Source of the DNA: an uncultured Erysipelotrichaceae bacterium
GTDB lineage: Bacteria > Bacillota_I > Bacilli_A > RFN20 > CAG-826
Direction of reading: 5' to 3'
Length of the DNA stretch: 64,000 bases
Assembly: GCA_902798595.1 (NCBI GenBank)
Contig: CADBXE010000005.1
Location: 18,274-82,273, forward strand
Part shown: in pieces, positions 27,773 through 37,728 of the stretch
Layout: every line of letters begins with the position of its first letter
How positions within the stretch are numbered: the first letter of the stretch is position 1
Translations under genes and position numbers: made by a program
Notes under the pieces: generated by a model
What the model was told of the DNA's origin: nothing
Databases searched by the model: none
Seen by the model: only the letters and a program-made list of their open reading frames with translations

Positions 27773-30700
27773 CTAGGCTATTTGTCTTCTGCGTTTTGCA
27801 ACGAGGAGTAAGCCGACGCCGGCGATTGCGATTAAGGCAACGATTGCACCGACAGCTGCGATATCACCACCACAACCAGATTTTGGCACGTCGAAGCCAT
27901 TTGTTGTAGCAGTAATGATTAACTTGTAAGCGCCAACTGCTTTGCCATCAGCACCTAAGCCGATGAAGTCAATGTGGTAGACGCCTTCGTTTTCGATTGT
28001 ACCTGTGAGCTTACCATCTTTAAATTCTAAGCCCTTTGGTAATTCAACGCGTTGGTTGAGTTTGTAGGATTCTGCGCCTTCGATTGTTGGAGCGAAGTCA
28101 ACTGCATCAGTACGAGCTTCGACTTCCATGTATAATTCGCCACCTTCGAGAGCGACTTTTGTGATACCTCTACTTGTACCGGTACAACGTGAGGACATGT
28201 ATAAGTGTTCTTTAGAACATTGTCTAACAGCATACCAATAGGAGTAGGAGATAACTTTTTGGCCGTCTTTTGTATAGACTGGAGCGTTCATTGTGGCATC
28301 CCATGAAGCTTGGGAAGCGCCTTTGAAACCACCGGAGTCTAATTGAGCGTTACAACCAGAGAGAACACGGTTTGTAACACATTCATAACATTTGAAGTTG
28401 ACGGAACCATTACCACTGTGGGTCATATCGGATAAGACAGAGCCCTTGAAGCCCCATTCACCACGGAGAACTTCTGTTAATAATGGATAGGAGGCCGCGG
28501 TTTCCATTAAACCTAAACGGTTGTAGGAACCCATGACACCCATGGATTTACCTTCTTCAAAGACCATTTGGAAGGATTTTAAGTAAATTTCACGTAACGC
28601 TTGTTCACTGACGAAGGAGATACCGGATTCACGGTTCTTTTCTTGGTCGTTTGTAGCGAAGTGTTTGAAGTAAGCGTAGACGCCTCTATCTGTAGCGGCA
28701 CCGACGACTTGAGCGGCCATACGGCCCATTAAGAATGGATCAGCTGAGTAGTATTCGAAGTTTCTACCACCGAATGGAGAACGGTGAGTATTAACAGCTG
28801 GGCCCCACCAACCGGATTTACCGTTGATGTGAGATTCCATACCAACACATTCACCTTGCTTATGAGCTAAGTCTTGGTTGAATGTAGCGGCGATGATTGG
28901 GGAAGAAACCCACCACATGATACTGAATTTTTGTGGACCATCACCTTCGGAGAAACCATCTTTGCCAACACTGGAGATGGATTTGGAGGACATTTGGTTA
29001 GTTTCAATGATCTTGAGCATATCGTCCCAACTCATTTGGTTAACGATGTCTTCCCATTTTGGGTCATCAAGATCAACTTCTTTTAAATCTTTAATCTTGA
29101 GGTTTGTATCTTTGGAACCTTGCTTCCAGTTAGCAGCAACAGAAGCATCTTTACGAGCAGCGGCTGGAACGTATTCGTTATTGCCAGCTTCGAAGTCAGC
29201 TAAGGAGAATTCGTATGTTAAGAATTCTTCGAATCTGCTACCTTCTTTGACTTTTCTGTCTTCATAGGTTGGGTGTGTTGGGAATGTGCCATCGAAGTCA
29301 GCACGGCTCATTTGTGTGAATTCGATATCGTTTTCACCTGGCATGGAGTTGTAGAAGTTTCTATCTGTGAAACGGTTTTCAACTTTGTTACCAGAGAAAC
29401 GGTCTTTTTCATATTGACGTGCATCAAGTTTGAAGCCGAGTTTGTCATAGTTTTCATGAGCGTTCTTACCAAGTAAGAGTTCATAGTTACCAGCATCTAA
29501 TTCGTAGCCCTTGAAGCCGTTGTTGTTCTTGTCTTGGAAGTCGTAGCTAGCGACATCTTGGAGATAGAATGATAAGTGGACTTTTTCTGTCTGGCCTGGT
29601 TCTAATAATTTGGTTTTACCAAATGCACATAAGACGTGGTCCGCTTTTTCAATACCACCTTTTGTATAAGGAGCTTTGAAGTAAAGTTGAACTGCTTCTT
29701 TACCGGCGACTTTACCAGTATTCTTAACTTCAACTGTAACGCCGATGACTTCTTTGCCATCTTCAACTTTAGCGCCTTTCTTAACTGTGGATTTAACAAT
29801 TCTTTGACTGAATTTTGTATAGCTTAAGCCATAACCGAATGGGTATAAGACACCTTTTTCGCTCTTGTACCAATCATTGGCTTTCTTTTTGCTCTTAGCA
29901 GCCATATCAGCATACTTTGTTTCATAGTAACGATAGTCAACATAAATGCCTTCTTCGTAGGAAACATAAGCGGCTGGTTTAACACCGTTGATACCACCGG
30001 AGACGACTTTGAATTCTTCACCACCACGAGCGTTGTCCCATCTTGGGGATGAGTGTTGTTTGTATGCTTTATCTGTACCAAAGGAGAGCATTGGTGCACC
30101 ATCGGCAGCAAGCATTGTATCTTGTGGAGCGTAGTATTTCTTACCGTTTGCGGCTTCAACTAAGTTTGTTTGTGAGTTATCGGAGAAGTTTTGGAAGGAT
30201 GGATCTTTTGTGAAATCACGTGTCCATGTATCAACTGTACGACCAGATGGGTTAACTTCACCGTTGAGGATACGACCGACAGCACGGATACCACGGTCAC
30301 CTGGGTTACCAACCCAAATAATAGCTTTGACTTTGTCATTGTTTTCGAGTTGTTGACATTCAAAGATGTTACTGGAGTTGATGAGAATAATAATGTTGTC
30401 TGTGTGTTTGCCTAATTCTTCTAATAAGGCTTCTTCATTTTCGGATAATTGAAGAGCGTGTCTATCAGAGACTTGTTCAGCACTGGAGTTTGTCTTCTTG
30501 CTATCGTGAGCGTTACATGTTTTAACGTCACAACCTTCGGAACCTTCACGTGTGATGACTTGGATAGCAGCGTCCTTATATTCATCCATGGATGCTAATA
30601 ATTCATCAGTATAGGATGAGATTGGTGTTTCACCAATTGTAACTTCGGAGTTACCTTTCCAACCATCGTTACCGTTTGTTCTACCAGCGCCGGAAGCACT

Positions 30701-31159
30701 GTTGTTGGACCATGACACAGAATTTCTTCTGCTGTCGTATACCCATTTACCGTAGAATTCAACGAGTTTCATGTTGACATCAAAGCCGACTTCTTCAAGA
30801 GCGCCTTTGACGTGGCCATCAGCACCACCAACGAGTTGGTAATCAGCAACGCCGCTGGAGACTGAGCCGGAACCGGAACCAGCACCACCACGAGCTAGGT
30901 TTGGTGAGCTTTTGCCGGCGAGTGTAATTTTTTTGCCTTCTGTTTGCATTGGTAAGAAGTTGTTCTTATTCTTCAATAAGACGAAACCTTCTTCAGCCAT
31001 TTGGTCTTGAACTTTGGAAGCATGTTCAATGTATTTGGCTTTATCGCTTTGGCCATATTCACCGATGAATTCGGCGTTATTAGCGGCTAAGCCTCTATTT
31101 AAGCATGCTGGCAAGGTTAACGCGGCAAGAAAAATTGGGATAAGTAATTGTTTCTTCAT
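27773..31159 (-). CDS. glycoside hydrolase family 3, domain-permuted, signal peptide plus C-terminal TM anchor (1128 aa)
   Basis: Same motif order as paralog 1 (FGYGLSYT, VQLYFKAPYT, NTHRSPFGGRNFEYYSADP, KHFATNDQEKNR, GFKGSVLSDM). The C-terminal tail is SGCGGDIAAVGAIVALIAIAGVGLLLVAKRRRQIA. Confidence 0.8.
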   Translation of the reverse strand: MKKQLLIPIFLAALTLPACLNRGLAANNAEFIGEYGQSDKAKYIEHASKVQDQMAEEGFVLLKNKNNFLPMQTEGKKITLAGKSSPNLARGGAGSGSGSVSSGVADYQLVGGADGHVKGALEEVGFDVNMKLVEFYGKWVYDSRRNSVSWSNNSASGAGRTNGNDGWKGNSEVTIGETPISSYTDELLASMDEYKDAAIQVITREGSEGCDVKTCNAHDSKKTNSSAEQVSDRHALQLSENEEALLEELGKHTDNIIILINSSNIFECQQLENNDKVKAIIWVGNPGDRGIRAVGRILNGEVNPSGRTVDTWTRDFTKDPSFQNFSDNSQTNLVEAANGKKYYAPQDTMLAADGAPMLSFGTDKAYKQHSSPRWDNARGGEEFKVVSGGINGVKPAAYVSYEEGIYVDYRYYETKYADMAAKSKKKANDWYKSEKGVLYPFGYGLSYTKFSQRIVKSTVKKGAKVEDGKEVIGVTVEVKNTGKVAGKEAVQLYFKAPYTKGGIEKADHVLCAFGKTKLLEPGQTEKVHLSFYLQDVASYDFQDKNNNGFKGYELDAGNYELLLGKNAHENYDKLGFKLDARQYEKDRFSGNKVENRFTDRNFYNSMPGENDIEFTQMSRADFDGTFPTHPTYEDRKVKEGSRFEEFLTYEFSLADFEAGNNEYVPAAARKDASVAANWKQGSKDTNLKIKDLKEVDLDDPKWEDIVNQMSWDDMLKIIETNQMSSKSISSVGKDGFSEGDGPQKFSIMWWVSSPIIAATFNQDLAHKQGECVGMESHINGKSGWWGPAVNTHRSPFGGRNFEYYSADPFLMGRMAAQVVGAATDRGVYAYFKHFATNDQEKNRESGISFVSEQALREIYLKSFQMVFEEGKSMGVMGSYNRLGLMETAASYPLLTEVLRGEWGFKGSVLSDMTHSGNGSVNFKCYECVTNRVLSGCNAQLDSGGFKGASQASWDATMNAPVYTKDGQKVISYSYWYAVRQCSKEHLYMSSRCTGTSRGITKVALEGGELYMEVEARTDAVDFAPTIEGAESYKLNQRVELPKGLEFKDGKLTGTIENEGVYHIDFIGLGADGKAVGAYKLIITATTNGFDVPKSGCGGDIAAVGAIVALIAIAGVGLLLVAKRRRQIA

Positions 31160-31386
31160 ATGTTTTCCTTTCCATATTATTTTGCATTATTCAATTTGCC
31201 TCAGTTCGAGTGCAAAGAGAATATAGAAACCAAAAATTATAATGTTTCGTAATGCATTAGTAATTTCAATATAAATTGAAGGAAGGCTATATAATATGAC
31301 AAATGTAATTTACAAGCATGACAATTATACGATTGCAACAATATGCCTATTATCAATTTATTAAGATATAGTCTCACTTTTTTGCA

Positions 31387-31414
31387 ACAAAAAAGACCCC
31401 CATATGAGGGTCTT
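31387..31414 (-). terminator. intrinsic terminator after GH3 paralog 3
   Basis: Minus strand reads AAGACCC-TCATATGG-GGGTCTT followed by TTTTGTT. Confidence 0.7.
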
Positions 31415-31431
31415 AATTGTTATTTTAACAA

Positions 31432-34400
31432 TTAGGCGTTAACTCTTCTTTTCTTGCTAATCACTAATGTGATAACACTAGCAAGGGCAAGTAAGCCAAC
31501 AGCGCTTAATGTTGTTTCTAATCCGCCGAAGCAACCAGCTTTAGACATATCGTTTGCAGTTGCGATTTCTGGAGCAAACATTTGAAGAGAAGAGCCAAGT
31601 TTTGTTCCGTTGTTGTCGGCTAAAACATGAATGAAGACATTGCAGGATTCTTCTAATGTACCTTTAATTGTGTTGTCTTCAAAGACTAAGCCTTTTGGTA
31701 ATGGAGTGACTGGGTCGATAGATAATGCTGCACCGGCTAATTCTTCAGGTGCTTCAACTTTAATGTTAATTTCTTGACCAACAGCAACTTCAATGTAATT
31801 GCGATCGACACCAACGAAATATAAGTTGGCGTCTTTAATGAGTTTCTTGCTCATGACACCACAATTCGCGCATGTCCACATAGATTCTTTGACGTTGTTT
31901 CTAAGCATGTACCACCATGTATAGGCTTCAATCTTTTGACCATCTTTGCTTGTAAAGGTAGGCGCGCCCTTACCATCAAAAGCTGTAGCGTCCCATTTAC
32001 ATTCGATATCATCTTTGAAACCATTACTATCTAATTGTTGGTTACAACCAGCAAGGATACGGTTATTGATACATTCATAGGATTTATAGTTAACACTACT
32101 ATTGCCACTGTGTGTCATATCGGAAATGATGTGACCTTTGAAACCCCATTCATCACGTAAGACTTCTGTTAATAATGGATAAGAAGCCGCGGTTTCCATT
32201 AAACCTAAACGGTTATAGGATGACATTAAGGCCATGGATTTACCTTCTTGAATACACATTTGGAATGGTTTGAGATAAATTTCACGTAACGCTTGTTCTG
32301 TTAAGAAGGAAGAGACACCTTCACGGTTCTTTTCTTGATCGTTAACAGCAAAGTGTTTGAAATAGCAATATAAACCTTCATCGGTAGCACCAGCAACGAC
32401 TCTACCCGCGATACGGCCCATTAAGAATGGATCTGCAGCATAGTATTCGAAGTTACGGCCACCGAATGGAGAACGGTGTAAATTGACCGCTGGACCAGCC
32501 CAACCATAAACACCAGAGATATGAGCTTCCATACCGACCATTCTGCCTTGTTCTAATGCCAATTCAACGTTGAATGTCGCGGCCACGATTGGAGCGCCTG
32601 CCCACCAGATATATTGGAATTGGGAAGGACCATCGCTATCACCTGTTTGTGGTTTGCCCATTCTATCAATCTTTGGATTGTGAGCGCTGCCACCATAGGA
32701 GAAGCTAAGCATTTCGTTGTATGTCATTTGGTTCATGGCTTGTTCCCAAAGTGGATCATCCATATCTAAACCAACTAAATTTTGGAATTGAATACTATCA
32801 GTCTTGCTCATTGTGCTGGAAGCTTGTGTCCAACCTAAGGCTTCAATATCCGCTTTTGTTTTAAGAGATTCTAAAGGAATGTATTCACCTTTACCATCTA
32901 ATAAATCACTCATTGTGAATTCGTGAGTTAAGAATTCTTCGTAACGGCTGCCTTCCTTAACTTTACGAGACTCGTAAGTTGGGTGTAATGGCTTCTTAGA
33001 CAAGTCTTCACGAGAGAATTGTTCGAATTCGAAATCATTTTCGCCTGGTAAACAGCTATAGAAGCCTCTATCAGTGAATCTATTTCTAACTTCATGACCT
33101 GTGTAGCGGTCTTTTTCAAATTTAATACCATCTTTAGCAACAGATAGCTTGACAGAACTGATTTCTTCGTGAGCGTTCTTATTGAGGGAGATGTAATATG
33201 TACCACCATCAAGTTCATAGCCCATGAAGCCATTGTTGTTTTTGTCCGCGAAGTCGTAGTTAGCGACATCTTGAGTATTAAATTTTAAAGTAAGAACTTG
33301 TTCTTTGCCTGGTTCTAATAATTTAGTCTTATCAAAAGCGCATAAAACATTATTAGCTTTTTCAATGCCGCCTTTGGTGTATGGGGCTTTCCAATATAAT
33401 TGGACAACATCTTTACCAGCGACTTTGCCAGTATTCTTGACTTTAACTTTAACTTCTACTTCAGTATTACCACTCTTAAGTGTTCTACCTTTAACATTAG
33501 AAGAAACGATTGATTGTTTAAACGTTGTATAGCTTAAGCCATAGCCGAATGGATAAATAACGCCTTCATTACTAGCGTACCATTCATTAGCCTTGGTCTT
33601 ACTTGATTTAGCCATATCAGCATATCTTGTTTCATAGTAACGATAATCAACATAGATACCTTCTTCATACGCCACATAGGAGGCTGGTTTGACACCGTTT
33701 AAACCACCAGAGACGACTTTGAATTCTTCACCACCACGAGCGTTATCCCATCTTGGACTGCCACCAACCTTGTAGTTTTTATCAGTACCAATACTGTGCA
33801 TTGGTGTGCCATCAGCGTTAAATAAGGTATCTTGTGGAGCGTATAGTTTCTTACCACCTGAAGATTCAACTAAGTTAGTTTGTGAATTATCGGAGAAGTT
33901 TTGATATGTTGGATCTTGTGTGAAATCACGTGCCCAAGTATCAACAGTATGACCTGATGGGTTGACTTCGCCAGTTAAGATGCGGCCGACTGAACTAGCG
34001 CCGACTGCGCCCGGATTACCAATCCATAAAATAGCTTTAACTTTGTCATCGTTTTCAAACTTGTCACATTGGAAGATGTTACCAGAGTTGATAATGATGA
34101 TAACGTTATCGGTGTGTTTTTTAATTTCTTCGAATAAAGCTTCTTCGTTTTCGGATAGTTGAAGAGCGTGTCTATCGGAAACTTGTTCCGCACTGGAATT
34201 TGTTTTTTTGCTGTCGTGAGCGTTGCAGGTTTTAACGTCACAACCTTCACTGCCTTCACGGGAGATGACTTGAATAGCAGCATCATTATATCCATCTAAG
34301 GTTGCTAATAACTCAGGAGTGTAACTAGAAATTGGTGTTTCACCGATTGTAACTTCGGAATTACCTTTCCAACCATCGTTACCGTTAGTTCTACCATTAC

Positions 34401-34857
34401 CGGATTTAGTGTTATTGCTATAGGAAGGACCTCCCCAGTTACTCTTGGCCCATTTACCATAGAATTCTTGGATATGCTTGTTAACTTCAAAGCCAACTTC
34501 TTCTAAAGCGCCTTTGATATTTAGTGAAGCATCACCGTACAATTGCCAGTTTTCTTCACCGTTGACGGAACCGGAACCGGAACCACCACCACCACGAACG
34601 AGGTTTCCTGAACTCTTGCCAACAAGAGAAATCTTTTTGCCTTCAGACGACATTGGTAAGAAATTGTTCTTGTTTTTAAGGAGGACAAAACCTTCATCGC
34701 AGATCTTTTTGTTCAACTCAGAGCCTGCTGTGGTATAGGCGCTTTTTGCGTCATAATCACCAATAAATTCAGCGTTGTTAGCCATGAACTTATTACCCAA
34801 AGCCAAAGGTAAAGTCATGCCCATGAGAAGAACAGGAAATAAAATCTTTCTTTTCAT
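31432..34857 (-). CDS. glycoside hydrolase family 3, domain-permuted, signal peptide plus C-terminal TM anchor (1141 aa)
   Basis: Close paralog of 27773-31159. Start set at ATG 34857 (MKRKILF, AAGGGA RBS); the ORF-track start at 34872 is TTG. The tail is AGCFGGLETTLSAVGLLALASVITLVISKKRRVNA. Confidence 0.8.
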   Translation of the reverse strand: MKRKILFPVLLMGMTLPLALGNKFMANNAEFIGDYDAKSAYTTAGSELNKKICDEGFVLLKNKNNFLPMSSEGKKISLVGKSSGNLVRGGGGSGSGSVNGEENWQLYGDASLNIKGALEEVGFEVNKHIQEFYGKWAKSNWGGPSYSNNTKSGNGRTNGNDGWKGNSEVTIGETPISSYTPELLATLDGYNDAAIQVISREGSEGCDVKTCNAHDSKKTNSSAEQVSDRHALQLSENEEALFEEIKKHTDNVIIIINSGNIFQCDKFENDDKVKAILWIGNPGAVGASSVGRILTGEVNPSGHTVDTWARDFTQDPTYQNFSDNSQTNLVESSGGKKLYAPQDTLFNADGTPMHSIGTDKNYKVGGSPRWDNARGGEEFKVVSGGLNGVKPASYVAYEEGIYVDYRYYETRYADMAKSSKTKANEWYASNEGVIYPFGYGLSYTTFKQSIVSSNVKGRTLKSGNTEVEVKVKVKNTGKVAGKDVVQLYWKAPYTKGGIEKANNVLCAFDKTKLLEPGKEQVLTLKFNTQDVANYDFADKNNNGFMGYELDGGTYYISLNKNAHEEISSVKLSVAKDGIKFEKDRYTGHEVRNRFTDRGFYSCLPGENDFEFEQFSREDLSKKPLHPTYESRKVKEGSRYEEFLTHEFTMSDLLDGKGEYIPLESLKTKADIEALGWTQASSTMSKTDSIQFQNLVGLDMDDPLWEQAMNQMTYNEMLSFSYGGSAHNPKIDRMGKPQTGDSDGPSQFQYIWWAGAPIVAATFNVELALEQGRMVGMEAHISGVYGWAGPAVNLHRSPFGGRNFEYYAADPFLMGRIAGRVVAGATDEGLYCYFKHFAVNDQEKNREGVSSFLTEQALREIYLKPFQMCIQEGKSMALMSSYNRLGLMETAASYPLLTEVLRDEWGFKGHIISDMTHSGNSSVNYKSYECINNRILAGCNQQLDSNGFKDDIECKWDATAFDGKGAPTFTSKDGQKIEAYTWWYMLRNNVKESMWTCANCGVMSKKLIKDANLYFVGVDRNYIEVAVGQEINIKVEAPEELAGAALSIDPVTPLPKGLVFEDNTIKGTLEESCNVFIHVLADNNGTKLGSSLQMFAPEIATANDMSKAGCFGGLETTLSAVGLLALASVITLVISKKRRVNA

Positions 34858-34983
34858 AATTTTCCCTTTCAAAATTATATTTTTTATGTCGTTTGTTTCA
34901 GTATGAACACAAACTAAGTCCTTAAATATTATCGTTCATTTCCCTGTCGATGGATAAGAGTTTTTTTATAAAAGTGAAGGGTA

Positions 34984-35005
34984 GAAAAAAGAGCCAAAAG
35001 GCCCT
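34984..35005 (-). terminator. probable terminator after the DUF1846 gene
   Basis: Minus strand reads AGGGCC-TTTT-GGCTCT (one G-U pair) followed by TTTTTT. Confidence 0.45.
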
Positions 35006-35030
35006 TTTATTCATTTTCATTAGATTATAT

Positions 35031-36527
35031 CTATTTAAAATATAGTTTGTGCGCGTAACCAACTGGCTCTTCTGTGACATTAATTCCAAGAGCGGTTAGT
35101 GTTCTTAAATCAGCATCAGAAAGGATACATGAGCAGTGTACTTCCGAACCCTTTAACTTTGGAATTTGTTTAAGCGCTAATTCGGCTAATGGGTTACTAG
35201 AAGCTTGAATGGCTAAGGCAATAAGAATTTCTTCCGCACGGATACGTGGGTTTTCTTTCTTTAATGGACCAGTCTTAAGATCCGCCATTGGGGTAACCAC
35301 GTGTGGTGAAATTAAATGGATAGAATCATCAATCTTGCCTAAGTGCTTTAAAGTATTTAAGAGCATAGCGGCAGGAGCGCCTAATAATCTAGAACGTTTA
35401 CCAGTGATAATCTTGCCATTAGGAAGTTCGATGGCCACCACTCTTTCCTTACATTTAGCAGCTTTATCTAAGCAGGCTTTAACTGTTGGACGGTCGTCTA
35501 CAGTAATACCTAAAGCAGTCATTAATGATTCTTCTTTAGTAATTGTGTCATCAGCGAACTTACCTAGATAGACATTCTTCTTAGCTTGATAGTATCTTCT
35601 AATGACTTCTTGTCTACTCGCTTCACAAGCAGCTTCATCATTAGTGATGGCAAATCCCACCATGTTAACACCCATATCGGTTGGAGATTGATATGGTGAA
35701 CTGCCATAAATCTTTTCGAATATTGTCTTTAATAATGGGAATGTTTCAATATCTCGGTTGTAGTTAGTTGTGGTCTTGCCATACGCCGCTAAATGGTATG
35801 GGTCAATCATATTGACGTCCGCTAAATCAACAGTCGCGGCTTCATAAGCCAAGTTCACTGGATGAGATAACGGAAGATTCCAAACTGGGAACGTTTCATA
35901 TTTCGCATAACCAGATTTAATACCACGGTTCATGTCGTGATATAACTGACTTAAGCAGACCGCCATTTTACCTGAACCAGGACCTGGTGCGGTTACAACG
36001 ATTAATGGTTTTGTGGTTTCCACATAATCATTCTTTTCGAAACCGTTGCTACCGAAGACTGAGACTAAGTTGTGTGGATAGCCATCAATCTTGTAGTGTT
36101 TATAAACTTTAATACCGTTTTTACGTAATTTTTGAGCAAATGTTTTTAAGACTTGGCTTTCTTCGTAGAAACAGAAGACAACACTAGAGACATAAAGTCC
36201 CGCTTCTTGATAAGCATCGATTAATCTTTCAACTTCTGATTGATAGGTGATGCCTAAATCGTTTCTAACTTTATTAGATTTGATATCGTTCGCGTTGACC
36301 GCCATGACGATTTCTGCATCATCTTTTAAAGTTAATAACATTTGAAGCTTTGAATCCGGTTCAAAACCTGGTAAGACTCTACTAGCGTGGAAGTCATCGA
36401 ATAACTTACCACCAAATTCGAGGTAAAGCTTGCCACCGAAGGATTTAATGCGTTTTAAAATCTCCTGACGTTGGATTTTCAGATATTTTTTGTTATCAAA
36501 GGCTGTTTTCTTTTTATTCGTCGGCAT
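35031..36527 (-). CDS. DUF1846 / UPF0371 family protein
   Basis: The N-terminal stretch FDNKKYLKIQRQEILKRI...LYLEFGGKLFDDFHASRVLPGF is the pattern I associate with UPF0371 proteins. The ATG at 36527 overlaps the upstream gene by 14 nt. Confidence 0.7.
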   Translation of the reverse strand: MPTNKKKTAFDNKKYLKIQRQEILKRIKSFGGKLYLEFGGKLFDDFHASRVLPGFEPDSKLQMLLTLKDDAEIVMAVNANDIKSNKVRNDLGITYQSEVERLIDAYQEAGLYVSSVVFCFYEESQVLKTFAQKLRKNGIKVYKHYKIDGYPHNLVSVFGSNGFEKNDYVETTKPLIVVTAPGPGSGKMAVCLSQLYHDMNRGIKSGYAKYETFPVWNLPLSHPVNLAYEAATVDLADVNMIDPYHLAAYGKTTTNYNRDIETFPLLKTIFEKIYGSSPYQSPTDMGVNMVGFAITNDEAACEASRQEVIRRYYQAKKNVYLGKFADDTITKEESLMTALGITVDDRPTVKACLDKAAKCKERVVAIELPNGKIITGKRSRLLGAPAAMLLNTLKHLGKIDDSIHLISPHVVTPMADLKTGPLKKENPRIRAEEILIALAIQASSNPLAELALKQIPKLKGSEVHCSCILSDADLRTLTALGINVTEEPVGYAHKLYFK

Positions 36528-37704
36528 AGTTATCAAAATATCCTTGGATTAAGACAACTGGGGTACCTTTATCACCAGAACCACTTGTTAAGTCACACAA
36601 TGAACCTAATAAGTCAGTAATTTGTCTTGGAGTTGTGCCTTCAGAGGCCATTTTGCCAACGAGGTCTTTTTCTTTAGCCTTAATATCTTCTTTAATCGCA
36701 TCAGCAAGAGCTTTGCCGGTTAAACCTTTATAGGCATTGTCTGCTAAATATTTGAGTTTTAATTCGTTTGGTGTGCCTTTTAAACCCACGGTGTGGAATG
36801 GGGAAACAACTGGGTCCGCTAATTCCCAAATCTTGCCTTGTGGATCTTTGAATGCACCATCGCCATACACCATGACTTCGATGTGTTTGCCGGTCTTTTC
36901 TAATAAGTCAGCTTGGACAGCTTCCACGAGTGGTTGACCATCTCTTGGGAATAATTTAACTGTTTCTTCGGTGGCTTTGTTAGAACCTAATAAACCGTAT
37001 TTTTCGTTATAACCAGAACCATTAACTGGAGCTGTTAGAATATCATCAAGGGCTAAAACTAATTCAGCTCCTTTATCTTTTAATAAACGTTTTGTGGCAA
37101 ATCTTGTGTGAATATCACATGTTAAGATTTTCTTTGTGTAATTTAAGATTGCTTCGGCGCGGTTAGCAAAGATAACTTCAACTTCAGCACCTTGTTCTTT
37201 GATTAAATCAACATAGTATTGGACATAATCAACACCAGTGAATTCGTGGACTCTATAGCCAAATAATTCACGATATTTTTCTAACGATAAAACATCGCTG
37301 TATGGATTAATGCCTGCTTCATAAACTTGATCGGCGGTAATTAAAGCGTTACCAACTTCATCACTTGGGTAGGAAAGCATTAAGTAAACTTTCTTCACGC
37401 CTTTAGCGATACCTTTAAGCAAGATAGCAAATCTATTTCTACTTAAAATAGGAAAAATGACCGCTACTTCATCGCCACCGGTTTTAACTTTTACGTCGTC
37501 AGCAATATTATCTACCGAGGCATAATTTCCTTGGCAACGAGCGACGATACTTTCGGTGATTGCGACAACATCGCGATCATGGAATTTAAATCCTTCATTT
37601 TCTGAGGCTTTTAAAACTGATTCGACAACAATCTTTCTTAAGTCGTCACCAGTTTTTAAGACAGGGAGTCTCACACCCCTAGATGTCACACCAACACATC
37701 TCAT
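36514..37704 (-). CDS. CofE-like (F420-0:gamma-glutamyl ligase family) protein, extended 396-aa form
   Basis: The N-terminus GVRLPVLKTGDDLRKIV...DRDVVAITESIVARCQGN resembles the CofE/F420_ligase fold. GGAGA RBS. Confidence 0.55.
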   Translation of the reverse strand: MRCVGVTSRGVRLPVLKTGDDLRKIVVESVLKASENEGFKFHDRDVVAITESIVARCQGNYASVDNIADDVKVKTGGDEVAVIFPILSRNRFAILLKGIAKGVKKVYLMLSYPSDEVGNALITADQVYEAGINPYSDVLSLEKYRELFGYRVHEFTGVDYVQYYVDLIKEQGAEVEVIFANRAEAILNYTKKILTCDIHTRFATKRLLKDKGAELVLALDDILTAPVNGSGYNEKYGLLGSNKATEETVKLFPRDGQPLVEAVQADLLEKTGKHIEVMVYGDGAFKDPQGKIWELADPVVSPFHTVGLKGTPNELKLKYLADNAYKGLTGKALADAIKEDIKAKEKDLVGKMASEGTTPRQITDLLGSLCDLTSGSGDKGTPVVLIQGYFDNYADE

Positions 37705-37728
37705 AAATATCTTTCTCCTCTATTTTTT

